This document shows, piece after piece, positions 13,677-27,028 of a DNA stretch of 64,000 nt (position 1 is its first letter; each line of letters begins with the position of its first letter). The position numbers were made by a program, and so were the translations under genes. The stretch lies in NCBI RefSeq assembly GCF_009914755.1, contig NC_060927.1; one strand, written 5' to 3'. A model generated the notes under the pieces. The model ran no database searches. It saw only the letters and a list, made by a program, of their open reading frames with translations, and was not told the DNA's origin. Origin of the DNA: the human T2T-CHM13v2.0 reference genome, Homo sapiens.

Positions 13677-15589
13677 GGTGGGATGGATATAATATGCAGG
13701 GTCTATTCATGTTAAGTATATTAACACACATACCAAAAAAGAGCTATAGGAGTTTACAGAAGAATATTCATACTTAGTGTTTCTTTGTTATTAAAAAAAT
13801 AGATTTTGAAGTAAAAAGAAAATGACTGAAGAGGTTCCAGTTCCTAAAAAGCTGTGGTTTTCTCAGTGACATTTTACAACCTGGTTAACAATTACATTAA
13901 GTTTCAGGGAAGTTTAAGTAAGGAGCATAGATAGGCCTGATATTCTCAGTAAATTACCACTGCTATTTATGCCTATTTTCCCCAGAATTTCTTTATACTT
14001 ATATTTTAAAACACATCTTATCACATCTTCATAACTTTTTCTTTTTTCTCATTTAAAACTACGGTGGTACCAAAGCAGGGAGATTTATTCTTTTTGATTG
14101 TGGATTAAAGTCATACATGTAAGACAACAAAACTGTTACGTAAGTATTGAAAAGAACTTGCTAAAAACCATATGTAATGGGTATTGTTATCAATATAACT
14201 GAATAAAATTTATCTTGCTTAGAAATGACTTTTAAATATAATGCCTAAAATGTTATTATGCAAATTTATTCACCTGGCATCTATTAGAGACTTTAATAAT
14301 AACACTGTAAAAATGAACTGCAACTTTTCCCTAGGATCTAATCAGTATGCAAAAGGACATATGCTATCTGGAAATGACAAGTAATGGGAAAGTTAGTCCT
14401 TTTGCTCATACCCTGTGACCTTAGAAATGACTGTGCCAAAAATTACATCAGTATTTGGATGAATTCCTAAATAAATTCAAATTAAATTGAGTCATACTAA
14501 AGCTTTATTCAATTAGGCAATAGCATTGAAAGATTCATTTTAAAAAAAGCTAGATAGAACTGGTTTTGTGTGATAAATTTTATAGGGCAGGGCTCACCTT
14601 TTGAAATTGGAGGGTGTCTTCACTATGTGATATTGAAGATCATTAAGGTAATTATGAATGTGTGTTCACTGCTGTATAAAACAAGTCTACTTCACTAATA
14701 ATTCTGACCTCAAATTTTCTAAACATACTTTTATTTTCCCCAAGTTCTAGGAGTAATGTACTCTGGATTCAATCCTGTGCTCACTTCCTCCCCCGAGGCT
14801 TTTCTACAGCCTCTGGTCACTTACTGCTGGCTTGTTTTGGCTCCACATCAACACTTAGAGAAACTAGTTTACATGGGTTTTTCTTGGTGTGTTTGCTTTT
14901 TAAATGAGGTAATGAAAAGGCCTGGTTGGAATGCTGAAGTTGTCCTGGCAACTAAGGGAGTAAAAGCTGGTAAAGAAATTCTTGAAAGGAGTTCAAAACT
15001 TCTGCTTCTGAGAAAATAAATGTAAGGGAATTACAATTTAGAAAATACTGAACAGACACATTTTGTTTTGCTCTAGAATAGTTTTTATTTTTTTCCTCTA
15101 GTCTTTCACCTTCGAGCATAAACCATGAAGTCAAAATCTTCAGGGAAAGGGAAGATGAGTCCCATCGGGGCACAGAGGTCAGTTGTAGCCTACCTGACTG
15201 AGGATATCACCAGTATTTCTCCAGGCAAGTCCTGGACAGGAAGGAAGATAAAGAGGAGAGCTGTTCTTATGGTAGGAAGGAGGTAACAGAGGCAGCAGGA
15301 GCAGATGGTAAGAAAGCCTGTCTGCGGGACCCTCTCTGGGCCACAGTGCTGAATATAGAGCAATTTTAGGTAGGATAAGGACAGAGGGAAAAGAAGAGTG
15401 TTTTCTGCTCTATTTCCTTCTGGAAAAAAGGAGAATCTTACAGAGAGATTCTTCTCATAACCACATGGGCAACTGCAGGGTCAGGCAGGCCTGATTCCCC
15501 ACAATACTCCATTTCCGGAAGCTTCCATAATGCTAGAGAGAACTATCTAGATAGCTGGTGGTACTGGTGGATGAACTTAATGGAAGGGG

Positions 15590-16680
15590 TATCGGGGGAA
15601 CCTGCCCCCGATTTCACATAGGTTCTTTTCTATTTTCCCTAAGTGTCAGCTGGTTTGAGAAATAAAGGGACAGAGTACAAAACAGAGAAATTTTAAAGCT
15701 GGGCATCCGGGGGAGACATCACATGTCAGTAGGTTCCATGATGCCCCTTGAGCCATAAAACCAGCAAGTTTTTATTAGTGATTTTCAAAAGGGGAGGGAG
15801 TGTACTAATAGGGTGTGGGTCACAGAGATCACATGCTTCACAAAGTAATAGAATATTACAAGGCAAATGGAGGCAGGGTGAGATCACAGGACCACAGGAC
15901 CGGGGCAAAATTAAAATTGCTAATGAAGTTTCAGCACGCATTGTCATTGATAACATCTTATCTGGAGACAGGTTTTGAGTGCACACAACTGGTCTGACCA
16001 AAATTTTTTAGGTGGGAATTTCCTTGTCCTAATAAGCCTGGGAGCGCTATGGGAGACTGGGGCTTATTTCATTCCTACAGTTTTGACCATAGAAGATGGC
16101 CACTCGCCGAAGTGGCCATTTTAGAGGCCTACCCTCAGGGATGCATGCATTCTCTTTCTCAGGGATGTTCCTTGCTGAGAAAAAGAATTCAGGGATATTT
16201 CTCCCATTTGCTTTTGAAAGAAGAGAAATATGGCTCTGTTCTGCCTGGCTCACCGGCAGTCAGAGTTTAAGGTTATCTCTCTTATTCCCTAAACATTGCT
16301 GTTATCCTGTTCTTTTTTCAAGGTGCCCAGATTTCACATTGTTCAAACACACATGCTCTATAAACAATTTGTGCAGTTAACGCAATCATCACAGGGTCCT
16401 GAGGCAACATACATCCTCCTCAGCTTAAGAAAATGACAGGATTAAGAGATTGAAGTAAAGACAGGCATAGGAAATCACAAGGGTATTGACTGGGGAAGTG
16501 ATAAGTGTCCATGAAATCTTCACAATTTATGTTCAGAGATTGCAGTAAAGACAGGTGTAAGAAATTATAAAAGTATTAATTTGGGGATCTAATAAATGTC
16601 CATGAAATCTTCACAATTTATGTTCTTCCACCATGGCATCAGCCGGTCCCTCCGTTTGGGGTCCCTGACTTCCCGCAACA
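15590..16680 (-). mobile_element. MER11 solo LTR (HERV-K HML-8/HERVK11), ~1.09 kb
   Basis: - strand starts TGTTGCGGGAAGTCAGGGACCCC and ends CCCCCGATA; 6-bp TSD AAGGGG (15584-15589, 16681-16686); internal ~90-bp tandem repeat. Confidence 0.95.
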
Positions 16681-18285
16681 AAGGGGTAATGTGGGAGTGT
16701 GTGAGTTTTGGAGGGAAAGTGACACCCAAAACAAGAGTAGGGTGGTCTGGCTGGCTGGACATAGAATAGAAATGGGAGGTCAGGCACCATCGGGGTTGCC
16801 AATCTCCTGATCCAGCTGAGAAAGACCTGAGAGTTCCTCAGGCCCAGGTCTGAACATTAGTTGCCAGCCAGGTGCTGCAGTGATGAGGCAGAGGAGCTGG
16901 AGAGTGAAGAATGATGTGTGTGTTTGTATCCAGGTCCCAGTGCCATTCACTCAACTGCCATTTTGGAGAGAAGCAGAGGAAATGAAGGAAATTTAACATG
17001 CTCAGCTTTCTCAGGAAGCCAGAGTTAACCAAAGATGCTATTTATTTAATGAAGTTTATCGATTAGAATAAATTTGTATTTTTTCCTCTCTTGGTGGGGT
17101 AGAGGTCCACAAACAATATCAAGTGTTATAGAAAATAAACAAGCAAAGGGCTTTCTGTGCATAACAAGTGTGGGATGATAAAATTGGCAAGGCTGCTCTA
17201 TAGGTGTTGTCCATTTACCCTGGGGCCTATGGATGTCATTTACATAACTGAGTTTTTTCATAGCTTCAAAAATTTCTAAGTTGTAAAACCATACAGTGAA
17301 TTTAGAATGGTAGGCAAGACCACCATCATTTAGCATGGTAGACAAGGCAATATATCACAATTGTATTATTGCCATGTTAAAAGATTTTTGCAGTAAGAAG
17401 CTCTGCTCTGTAATTTTGGGGAGTGTAACTTCCTGTGGGGAGATGTTGGGTGCTGCTGGGATTTGGAACTCTCTAAATGGAACCTGAGAAGAGCTGGAGA
17501 AGGCTGTGGGGGCTCCTCCTTATTCTCCCACAGTGGACTTGCTGTTTGTCTTCCTCTTTCCACCTCCAAGTTGACTCTTCCCATCTTTTCTGTGTTCTGT
17601 GGTCCTTTTTTCCTTGTCAGAACTGCTAAGTGGGTAGACCGAGCCTGGGGACCCCAGAACAAGGACCTCTCAAGATCTTCCAAATCATAGATAACCACAG
17701 CTGTCACTGAAGACAGCTCAAAGCCACTTCTTGTGAGAAGAGTACATTTCTTCTATAACACCTGTTCTGAGTCCAAACGAGGATAATCAAAAGTCTGAAC
17801 AAGCAATTTTCATTTGTTCATTTCAGTTTGTTCTTCAATGCTGCATTGCAAAGCAATGCTCTCCAATTTTTTTGTAAACTAGCATTTCTTTCTTTTAAGT
17901 GATTTTAGTTCCTTAAGGAGCCTTGTTTAGCCCAAGATGGAGTTTTCTCCATCTTTGCCCCCTGCCCATTGGCTTCACTTCCCACAAGAGGGGAGCACTC
18001 ATCCATTCTCTAGACATGAAAATCCCTTTGAAGTGCTGTTTATGCATCTGTCATTCTCACTGTCAAGTTTGAGAATGCAAGTACAGTATTCATTCTGGCC
18101 CTGGTTGGTCGGGTGGGCCAGGGTCTGCAGCATGGAGGGTGTGCCTTGATTGGACGCCCTTCCCTGCTGAGTCCCCAAGACCTGTGCCATGGGATCCCAG
18201 GATGTGGTTAGAAGCCAGGGAGGTGGCGGGGTCCTGGGGTGGTGAAGAGCATGGAGTTTCTGTGTATTCCCAGCATGGCCTACTC

Positions 18286-18460
18286 CAGTTTCCCAGTCTT
18301 GAAACTGTGAACATTTGGGGCCAGATCATTCTCTGTGGTGGGGCCTGTTCTGTGCACTGTAGGATGTTGAGCAGCAACCTTGGCTTCCACTCACTCAATG
18401 CCAGTAGCACCTCCCTGGTTGTGACAACCACAACTATCTCCAGACATGGCTGAGTGTTGT
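18286..18460 (-). mobile_element. MER20
   Basis: gaacatttggggccagatcattctctgtggtgggg...gcactgtaggatgttgagcagca...atgccagtagca...ctccagacat. Confidence 0.85.
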
Positions 18461-18614
18461 CGTCACATGAGATACCTGGCCTGAGTGAGCAGCTGCTTAC
18501 CTTCTTGTGTTGTTTTCAAGTCTGGGGAAAGGAGAATTGACCCCCTTGTGGGGATCAAGGCAGATGGATAAGGGGCAAAGATGGGGGAAACCCATGGGCT
18601 AAACAAAGCATTCT

Positions 18615-18830
18615 AAGAAACTATTGTTAACTATTTTTAGGTGTCATGGTTATGTTTTGAAAGGTCTTGTTGGTTGTGTTTAATTCCTTCATTGCGATAA
18701 ATGTACTGTGTCTGTGTAAGACATTTACAATGGGGGCAACTGGGTGTGGGATGTTGAGAACTCTGCTATCTTTACCACATTTCTATAAAACTAGAATTAT
18801 TCTAAAATAAAATGTTTATGTATAGAAAAA
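18615..18830 (+). mobile_element. Old L1M (MC/ME) 3'-end fragment
   Basis: aactgggtgtggg...gagaactctgctatcttt...attattctaaaataaaa. Confidence 0.6.
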
Positions 18831-19189
18831 GAAAGTGCTGACCTTCATGGAGGAATTTCAAACAGCATTGAATCATGAGAGATTGTTGATGAATTTATGC
18901 CACTCAAACTTCACACACTGTCCTTCCACCCCATGAAACACAAAGTGTGGAGTAGCTGTTTATAGAGCACAAAGTAACCCACTGTTAACTAAGTGCTGAG
19001 AAAGACCCAGGCAAGAAAGAAAGGCAGACATGTTGAAATGCCCCTTTGGAAATTCATGGGAAAAAGAATCACAAATATTTCCCTCTCTACATAGACATCG
19101 ATGGTAGTGAGGATATAGATAGTTTAAAATATCTTACTGATAAGGATAGCAAAATACATAGAAAAAAATATGAGTTTATGAGCCTGTGA

Positions 19190-19428
19190 TTTTTTTTTAT
19201 TTCAATAGTTTTTGGGGAGCAGGTGGTGTTTGGTTACATGGATCACTTCTTTAGTGGTGATTTCTGAGATTTTGGTGCACCCATCACCCCAGCATGTACA
19301 CTGTATCCAATGTATAATCTTTTATCCCTCACCTCCCCCCGACCATTTTCCTGGAGTCCCCAAAGTCCATTGTATCATTCTTATGTCTTTGCATCCTTGT
19401 AGATTAGCTCCCACTTATAAGTGAGAAC
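19190..19428 (-). mobile_element. L1PB 3'-end fragment
   Basis: tttcaatagtttttgggg...ttggttacatg...tagtggtgatttctgagattttggtgcacccatcacc...gctcccacttataagtgagaac. Confidence 0.9.
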
Positions 19429-19436
19429 TCATATAT

Positions 19437-19530
19437 AGAGTTGCCAAATGAAATTCAGGATGCCCAGTTAAATTTGAATTTCAGATAAACAACATTTTTT
19501 TTTTGGTATAAGTATATTCCTAATATTATG
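19437..19530 (+). mobile_element. MER53 (hAT) fragment
   Basis: gttgccaaatgaaattcaggatgcccagttaaatttgaatttcagataaacaac. Confidence 0.75.
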
Positions 19531-19594
19531 TGCTTGGTTCCTGTCAGCTTCAACACTCCTTTCTCCCTCTTCTGTTAGAATCAATTCACATCAG

Positions 19595-19950
19595 TTCATT
19601 TGCTTAACAAATATTTATTGAAAGCTGCTCTGCGTGCTGTGTTCAGGGTGCTGGGAAGAAGAGTAAACAAAACTAGCAGTTTCCTGCCCTCCTGGCGGAG
19701 GCGAGTAAAACAAGCAAATACACGCTCCATGGAATTTCAGGAATGGAAAGAGCATCAAAGAAAATGCAAACACAGAAACAAGAATGACAGGATGGTGGAA
19801 ACGAAGTGAGGAACGCATAATTCATTTGCGGAGATGTCTGTGAGACGGTGACATTTCAGCAGAAACCAGAACCATGTAAAGTGTAAATCACATGGAGCTC
19901 TGGGCAAGTGTGTCCATCTGGTCAGAGGGAATAGCAAGTAAGTCCTAAAT
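19595..19950 (-). mobile_element. L2 fragment
   Basis: ttcatttgcttaacaaatatttattga...gtgctggga...gtgacatttcagcagaaac. Confidence 0.6.
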
Positions 19951-20614
19951 CTAATAAAATTCGAAATATTTAAAAGACATTGCCAGTTTTTAGAAGTGGT
20001 CTCTTTTGGCCCCCACCTGGCAGTCATTTTTTCATTGTCCATTTTCTGCAACAAATCAGCAGGGAACACAAGGGAACTGGGTAGCAGGCCTTTTCTGCTG
20101 CAGCAGGAGATATTTGGGGCAAAGCCCTGCTTGTTCTCATGGGAGAATTTTTTTGTGAAAGCCCCCACTGGATGATAAGAGCCAATATTCTCTGAAGCAG
20201 GTTTTATCACCCAGTGGGCTCCCCCATGCAAAACTCAGGTCAGGCAGCTGTGGGATGTGCTACCCTTTAAACAATGGAGAGTCTAGCAGTCAGGCTGCTA
20301 CACAGTTCAACTCAATTAGTTAGATATGATATTAGCTTTAACATACACAGCTTCTATGAGGCATGTTTCCCCATAAAATACAGAATAAAGAGGCATAGAG
20401 TAACAGTGACTTTCTTTTCTTTTTCTTTTTGATGTTCAAAACATTATCCCATTGCTTTGTTAAAAATAGATATAAATGCAAACAAAAATGAACAATAAAT
20501 ATCATTTTGTATCTGTCAAATGAGAAAAATGTTTTAAAATCTTAATATCTAACACTGGTAAGGATGTGCTGATGCAGGCACTGGTGAGAGTAGAATTCTT
20601 TTTTCTTATTTACT

Positions 20615-20822
20615 CTTTTAAATTGAAAAATAAAAATTGTATATATTTATGTTGTACAACATGATGTTCTGAAATATGTATACATTGTGGAAATTCTAAA
20701 TGAAATTAACTAACATATACATCACCTCACATACTTATCATTTGTTTGCGGTGAGAACACTTAAAATCTACTCTGTTAGCAATTTTCAAGTATATAATGC
20801 ATTGCTATTAACTATAGTCAAC
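20615..20822 (-). mobile_element. L1MA 3'-end fragment
   Basis: aattgtatatatttatg...tacaacatgatgtt...gtgagaacacttaaaatctactct...ttaactatagtca. Confidence 0.9.
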
Positions 20823-20999
20823 AACCTTATTTTCTTAATCAAAAGTGCTCCACATCCCCTGGCTTCTGGGCCTTTGTGGTTGGCTGTGTACTAATGGTGG
20901 CTCACTCCCAGCTTCTGCACTGGATTTTTTCTCTGCCTATTTCAGGTCAGTGCTTTGGAAAGTCTTCCGTCTCTCCTGCAATCTCCACTTTTCCCTCTC

Positions 21000-22410
21000 T
21001 ACTGCTAATAGCATAAAAGCATGCTATCACTTTTCTCATCTTTGAAAATGCTCCCTTTGAGCTCATATCATCCTCCAGCTGTTGCATCATTTCTAGGCTT
21101 CCCTTCTGTCAAAATTCCTTGAAAACACTATTATACTTGCTGTGTCCAGTATCACTCTTCATCTCTGTAATCTTGTCTGATCAGGCTTCTGGCCTCCCGC
21201 TCCATGAAATCACTCTTTATAAGGTTACCATGAGCTCCACACTGCTTAGGTCAAGGGTCAGTCCTTGTCCTCAGCTGTTGATGATAGATCACTTTCTGCT
21301 CTTCAGAGCAGCTGGCTTCTGGATACTTTATTCCTGAGTCTTCTCCTACTTCACTCAACACTCTTTCTTGGCTTTCATTGCTGGTGTCTCTTTCCCTTGA
21401 CTTCTAAACATTGAATGTTCCAGGGTTGAGCTGTCATTCTATCTCTACATGGATTCTGATGTCTTCCAAATTTTGTATTTCCAACCCAGACCTCTTCTCT
21501 GAATGCCAGTCTCCCATAGGCAACTACCTATTCTTTAGGTCATCAGCACCACCCATGTCATCTGCCCCCAAACTCTTTTCTCTGTCACCATCACCTTGGT
21601 CCAAATCACCATAGTTTCTCATCTAGTTAATTTCAGTAGCTTACTAACTGGTCTCTCTGTCTCTACCTTTGTCCCTGTAAAGTCTGTTGTGGAAAGAGCA
21701 ATCAGAATGATTCTTCTTTTTTTTTTTTTTTTTTTTTTTTTGAGATGGAGTCTCTTGCTCTGTCGCCCAGGCTGGAGTGCAGTGGCGCGATCTCGGCTCA
21801 CTGCAAGCTCTGCCTCGCGGGTTCACGCCATTCTCCTGCCTCAGCCTCCCGCAGAGTGATTCTTCTTATGCATCCAGAAAATGTCCTGCCTATGCTTAAA
21901 ATGCCAACTTTTCTCCATCTCATTCAGAGTGAAAGTCCAAGCCTGAGGCTGCCAAGGCCTTCCACCCTCCGGCCTCTTGTTCCTCCCCACTCCCCAACCC
22001 CTGGCTCACTTGTCTCAGTCACACTGGTTTCCTTGCTGTTTCTCACCAGTCAGCTCTTGCAGCTGACATCCCCTCCCTGCTTGGATTTGTCTTTCTTCAG
22101 ATTGAAGTGACTCTCATCTCCCTAAGCTGTCTGCTTAGATGTCATCCACATGTGAAGCCTCCTTGGCCACTCCACTTAAAATGGTCTCCGCATGTATCTC
22201 AGTGTGCTATATCCCTTTTCCGGGCTTTATTCCCTCCTAACACTCCCAAGCCTGCCACACTCCAATGTGTATATAGGATGCGTGGATTTGTCTCTCCTTC
22301 ATGTCCCAATCCTGTAACAAGTAAACTTCCTGAGGTCAAGGATTTTTGTTTTCTTCACAACAATATCCTTAGCACTCAGAAGGATACCCTGCATATCTTT
22401 ATTGAATGGG
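21000..22410 (+). mobile_element. L2 element interrupted by a truncated AluY
   Basis: Pyrimidine-rich L2 ORF2/3' motifs (tccaacccagacctcttctctgaa, gtaaacttcctgaggtcaaggattttt, tttattgaatg). Confidence 0.75.
21717..21851 (-). mobile_element. 5'-truncated AluY (right-arm part only)
   Basis: AluY diagnostics cactgcaagctc and gggttcacgccattc; 25-nt poly(A); TSD caga(a/g)tgattcttc at 21703-21716 and 21852-21865. Confidence 0.92.
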
Positions 22411-22877
22411 AAGAAGAAATTAGGTTTTATCTTGTTATGTGGTAAGCCAAAGGCGCAAAATAATTAGAGTCAGGAATTAATCTGGTTGTCTTTAAAGAAT
22501 GGCTTTTCAGGAGTCAATTGCTTTTCCTGTTTATGCTAATGGTTTATGAAGATTCTATTATAAATCATACTGCGAACATCATTCTAGAAATAATGATAAT
22601 TTAAGTAAATGGATATAATAAAGAATGCTAATAGAGGCATAGTTTTCATTTGAAGTAATGATTATAATTATTGAAATTCCATTTGTACATTTTCATGTGT
22701 TGAAACAAATTAAATAGAAAATTTATAACAACGTAACTTTTATATAATAATGTGTTACATGCATAATGAAGTATTTAACTTTATCATCATTGCAAGTATT
22801 TTTCAGGAAGATTCTTCTAGTAAAAGTAAATTGAAATCTTGAGAGCTGTAGAAGCCAGAGAAATAATAGATGGGCTA

Positions 22878-22897
22878 ATATTGCCCTCTGGTGGAAA
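22878..22897 (-). promoter_or_regulatory. Candidate CTCF site
   Basis: - strand TTCCACCAGAGGGCAATAT matches CCASYAGRKGGCRS at 13/14 positions. Confidence 0.5.
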
Positions 22898-23069
22898 TAT
22901 TGAGACATGACAGATTGGATCATTTATTAAAGACCATGCCTTTAGCCCAGAGAAAGCCCAGGAATTGAAAGTTTCCACTCTATTATGTGATCTTACAGTG
23001 TTGTGTTAAATTTTTTAATTTAATATTTAAAACCTGAATTATATTAGATAGAAGGCTTGAATAAGCAAT

Positions 23070-23830
23070 GTACAAAAAATACATGATCAATCAACTTCTG
23101 GAAAAAGTGTTCAAATTTCATTAGCAATACAAAAATACAAAGTAAGAAAAGACTGATGTACTGTTTCATCTCTCAAATCAGCAGAAAGTTTGAAAACAAA
23201 GGGATAGTGTGAGCAAAAGGGCGTTCATATGGTTTGTAGGGACATAAAATGCTACTGCGTTCTCAATCTGGGGTTGTTTTGGTCGGAAGGCTCCGAAGAT
23301 GCATAAAAATTTGAACATATTTGCCCTTTCCTGAGAAGAGATGCAAAATCCATCAGATTCTCAAAGGGATTCATTCTCTCAAATGTTAAGAACAAATGTT
23401 TAAATTATTTGGGAGAATAATTTGGCAAAATGTGCAAGAAAGTTATGCGTATGTGTATTCCAATATTGTTTTGAATGCTTAATCACTATAAACCACCTAA
23501 ATATTCAACAGTGGGACATTTGAAATAAATCACACTCCAGTTCTATGATAGAGTCAATGTAGTTATTAACAATCGTGCTGTAGAATTAATGATGCCGAAA
23601 TGTTCTTTATACATGATGAGGTAGAAAAAGCAGTTTGCCATTTAGTACATGTGATATGATCCTGAGTTTATTGAAACATAAACATATGACGTGCATGAGA
23701 AAATATTTGGGAGTATCCATGAAAAATCCCAGTGCCAGTTTGGGTAACTAAATGCAATGTGCTTGTCTTTATTTTTAGATAAATTTACAATGAATATATT
23801 ACTTTTGTAATAAAAAGCATGATAAATATA
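23070..23830 (+). mobile_element. Very old L1ME fragment with an inserted hAT MITE (MER103-like, ~23253-23400)
   Basis: L1 3' motifs (gaaaaagtgttcaaatttcattag, aaaccacctaaatattcaacagtggg) flank catcagattctcaaaggg...gttaagaac. Confidence 0.55.
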
Positions 23831-24304
23831 ATATAAAAAGGAATGATTAATTTTCTATCTATTAGAAGATTTGACACAGGAGATTGTTAACTTTTAATTA
23901 ATCAACTGAACTGAATAGGTACAATTTGAAAAAGCATTTTAGAGGACTGGAACAATAATTACGTAATACTCCACATTGTTACTCTCTGCAGAAAGACCTT
24001 CTTAATATTTAAAAGCAGTTTAAAAAATCTGTAAATTTCCAAGCAAATAGAAAAATCTGTGCTATTCTGGACTTTTACAAGACACTAGAGCCTTTGTAAG
24101 TCTTTTCTAGAGCAAGACAGAGTGAAATAAAATAGAATAAATTAAAATGAAATAATTTAAAAAATTAGAGCATTAGCAAAGGTAACTAGGCCACTTTAAA
24201 TATACAAATAAACTCTTACAATTTTTTTTGTTATTTTTAGAAAAAAGTTTACACTTCCTTCACCTTTTAGGAGTGAAAGGAGCAAAGGAAGTAAGAAAGG
24301 CTTG

Positions 24305-24749
<445 letters not shown>

Positions 24750-24938
24750 CTACAGGTGACCAAACAGAACTTCTCCAGTACAAGTCTGTCTGTCATTCCA
24801 TTTGACATTGTATTGTAGGCATAAGCCCTGCCTTCCAGTTCCTTGGCAGTGGTGAAGCAGTATGGAGCTGGGGCAGGGAGGTGGCACATTATAGGACTGT
24901 GAGAACACTGCTCCTTTATACATAAAATTCCTACACAA

Positions 24939-25208
24939 TGGATCACTTGAGGTCAAGAGTTTGAGACCAGCCTGGCCAACATGGTGAGACCCTGTCTCTA
25001 CTAAAAATACAAAAATTAGCCCAGCTTGGTGGCAGGCGCCTGTAATCCCATCTATTTGGGAGGCGAGGAATGAGAATTGCTTGAAGCCAGGAGGCGGAGG
25101 TTGCAGTGAGCCAAGACCATGCTACTGCACTCCAGCCTGGGTGGCTGGGTGAGACTGTGTCTCAAAACAAAAACAAAAAACAAAAAACAAAACAAACAAA
25201 ACAAACAA
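24939..25208 (+). mobile_element. 5'-truncated AluS with (CAAA)n tail
   Basis: Starts at tggatcacttgaggtca; TSD aaaattcctac at 24924-24934 and 25209-25219. Confidence 0.95.
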
Positions 25209-26058
25209 AAAATTCCTACCCGAGAAGACTCATGACTCTGGAACACAGTGAGTGCAGCTGTTATGGTAAGTGAAACAGCTAATGATCTGGCAGAACCTTC
25301 AAGATACAAGGTAAAGAGAAAAAAGCCAGGCGCAGGGTAGTCCACTTGCTGTCTTTTGTGTGAATCTATCTGTGTTTTTAAATGCAGAGACTAAAGGAAT
25401 TGGCAGTAGGTAGGCATCGCCTCCAGGGAGTGGAATTGGATTACTGGGAGGCACAGAGAGAGGTGTACTTTCTTTTCACTGCAAACCTTTTGTGCATCCA
25501 GCCTTCTGCCTTAAAAAAAAAAAAAATCTGCATATGGATCATTCTTCAAACAACAGAAAAAGGAAACCAAATAAAAAAAAATCTACCCAAAGAAAATTTT
25601 TTCGTAATAAAAATTGTTCCAAGCCTCAGAGCTGGCTCCCATGTTTTGAGCAACATCAGCTATTCATGTATTCAGCTGAAGCTCATCCTTAGGTTTTTGA
25701 TCAAGCTGTGCCATGTTTTTCATTTCCTTTGATAGGGTTTCTCAGTTCCCGTCTTGTCAGTGAAGTGGTTTTTAGTTGAACTGTTATTTGCAATAGATGA
25801 AAGTAAACAGTGCAAGACATTAATTGTGGTGTTTCTACTTTAAAAACAATCAGATAAAATTCTAGAACAAGATTTGCTGTTCGGTAGGAAGATCAGATTC
25901 TTTTCCCTATACACTTAATGCTACGTATTCATGCTCCAGTGCAGACTGCTGGCAAGGTAAAGAGGCTGACAACCAGAGTTGTAATTAGGTCCTGCTTGTT
26001 TCCTTTAGAGTTTACAGTCCAGAAAGTTCATGGAAATAATGAGAGTCTTATAGCATTT

Positions 26059-26510
26059 TGTTATGCATTGAAATGTATTCTCATATGTTAAAGTCCTATT
26101 CCCCAGTACTTTAGAATGTGACCTGATTTGGAAATAAGGTCATTACAGATGTAAGTAAAGATGAGGTCACACTGGAGTAAGGTGGGCTATAATCCAATAT
26201 GAGCATGTCCTTGTAGAAAGGGAAAATATTTACACAGCCACATACACAGGGAGAACTCCATGTGAAGATGAAGGCAGAGACCAGAGTGATGGTTCTACCA
26301 GACAAGGAATGCTGAAGATTGGCAGCAAACTACCACATGCTAGGAGAGGGTAATGACACAGATTCTTCCTTGCAGCAATCAGAAGAAAGGACCCCTGCTA
26401 ACACTGGATCTCTGGCTTCTGGGATCCAAAACGGTGAGACAATAAGTTTCTGTTGGTGAAGCTGCTTCATTTGTGGTAGTTTGTTGCAGCTGCCCTAGCA
26501 AACAACTACA
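26059..26510 (+). mobile_element. MLT1B/C MaLR solo LTR
   Basis: agaatgtgacctgatttggaaataaggtc...gatgaggtcacactggagta...ccatgtgaagatgaaggcagaga...gccctagcaaac. Confidence 0.88.
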
Positions 26511-26689
26511 TATTCTAGTCCAATTAGAATCAAGAAGCAGAATAAAATTGGAAAAGAGAAGGCAGACCATGACAGGGTGGCCAAATTATCTCCTTCTTTT
26601 ACAACTTTAAAATCTTTTTTAATGGTAAAAGAGCATTCTGTGTGTGAATAGCAAAATCGAGAAACTCCGGTTCCCAAATCGTCAAGAAC

Positions 26690-26930
26690 CCTAACAGGTG
26701 TGATTGATTGAGCACTGACTACAGGTGCCAGCCCTGGTGCTTGGTGCTTTAACTGGATTATCTTTCTTTCTTACAGATAATGCACAAGGTTGATACAATT
26801 CTCTCCATGTTACAGGTGAAGACACTGAGACTCAGAGAAATAAGGGGAAAAAAAAAAAAAAAAAAAAAAAAAAACCCAGGGCTGCACAGGTGTTAAGTAA
26901 TGAGCTCAAGATGTGGGCCCAAGTTTGATC
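26690..26930 (-). mobile_element. MIR with internal poly(A) run (~26848-26874)
   Basis: attgagcactgacta...ttacaggtgaagacactgagactcagaga...cccagggctgcacag. Confidence 0.7.
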
Positions 26931-27028
26931 GGCACTGTCAAATTAAGAATTGCTAAACTATAAATTCATCAACTGTAATTTCGAGATGTTTCTCCAACCT
27001 TTCTTTTGAGTATGGAGGATTTGAATTG

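Noticed and set aside
16446-16625. Direct repeats with spacer, superficially CRISPR-like
   Set aside because: Only two copies, internal to the MER11 LTR; eukaryotic context with no cas genes
19755-20231. 158-aa minus-strand ORF
   Set aside because: Non-ATG start, partly within L2, no recognisable homology
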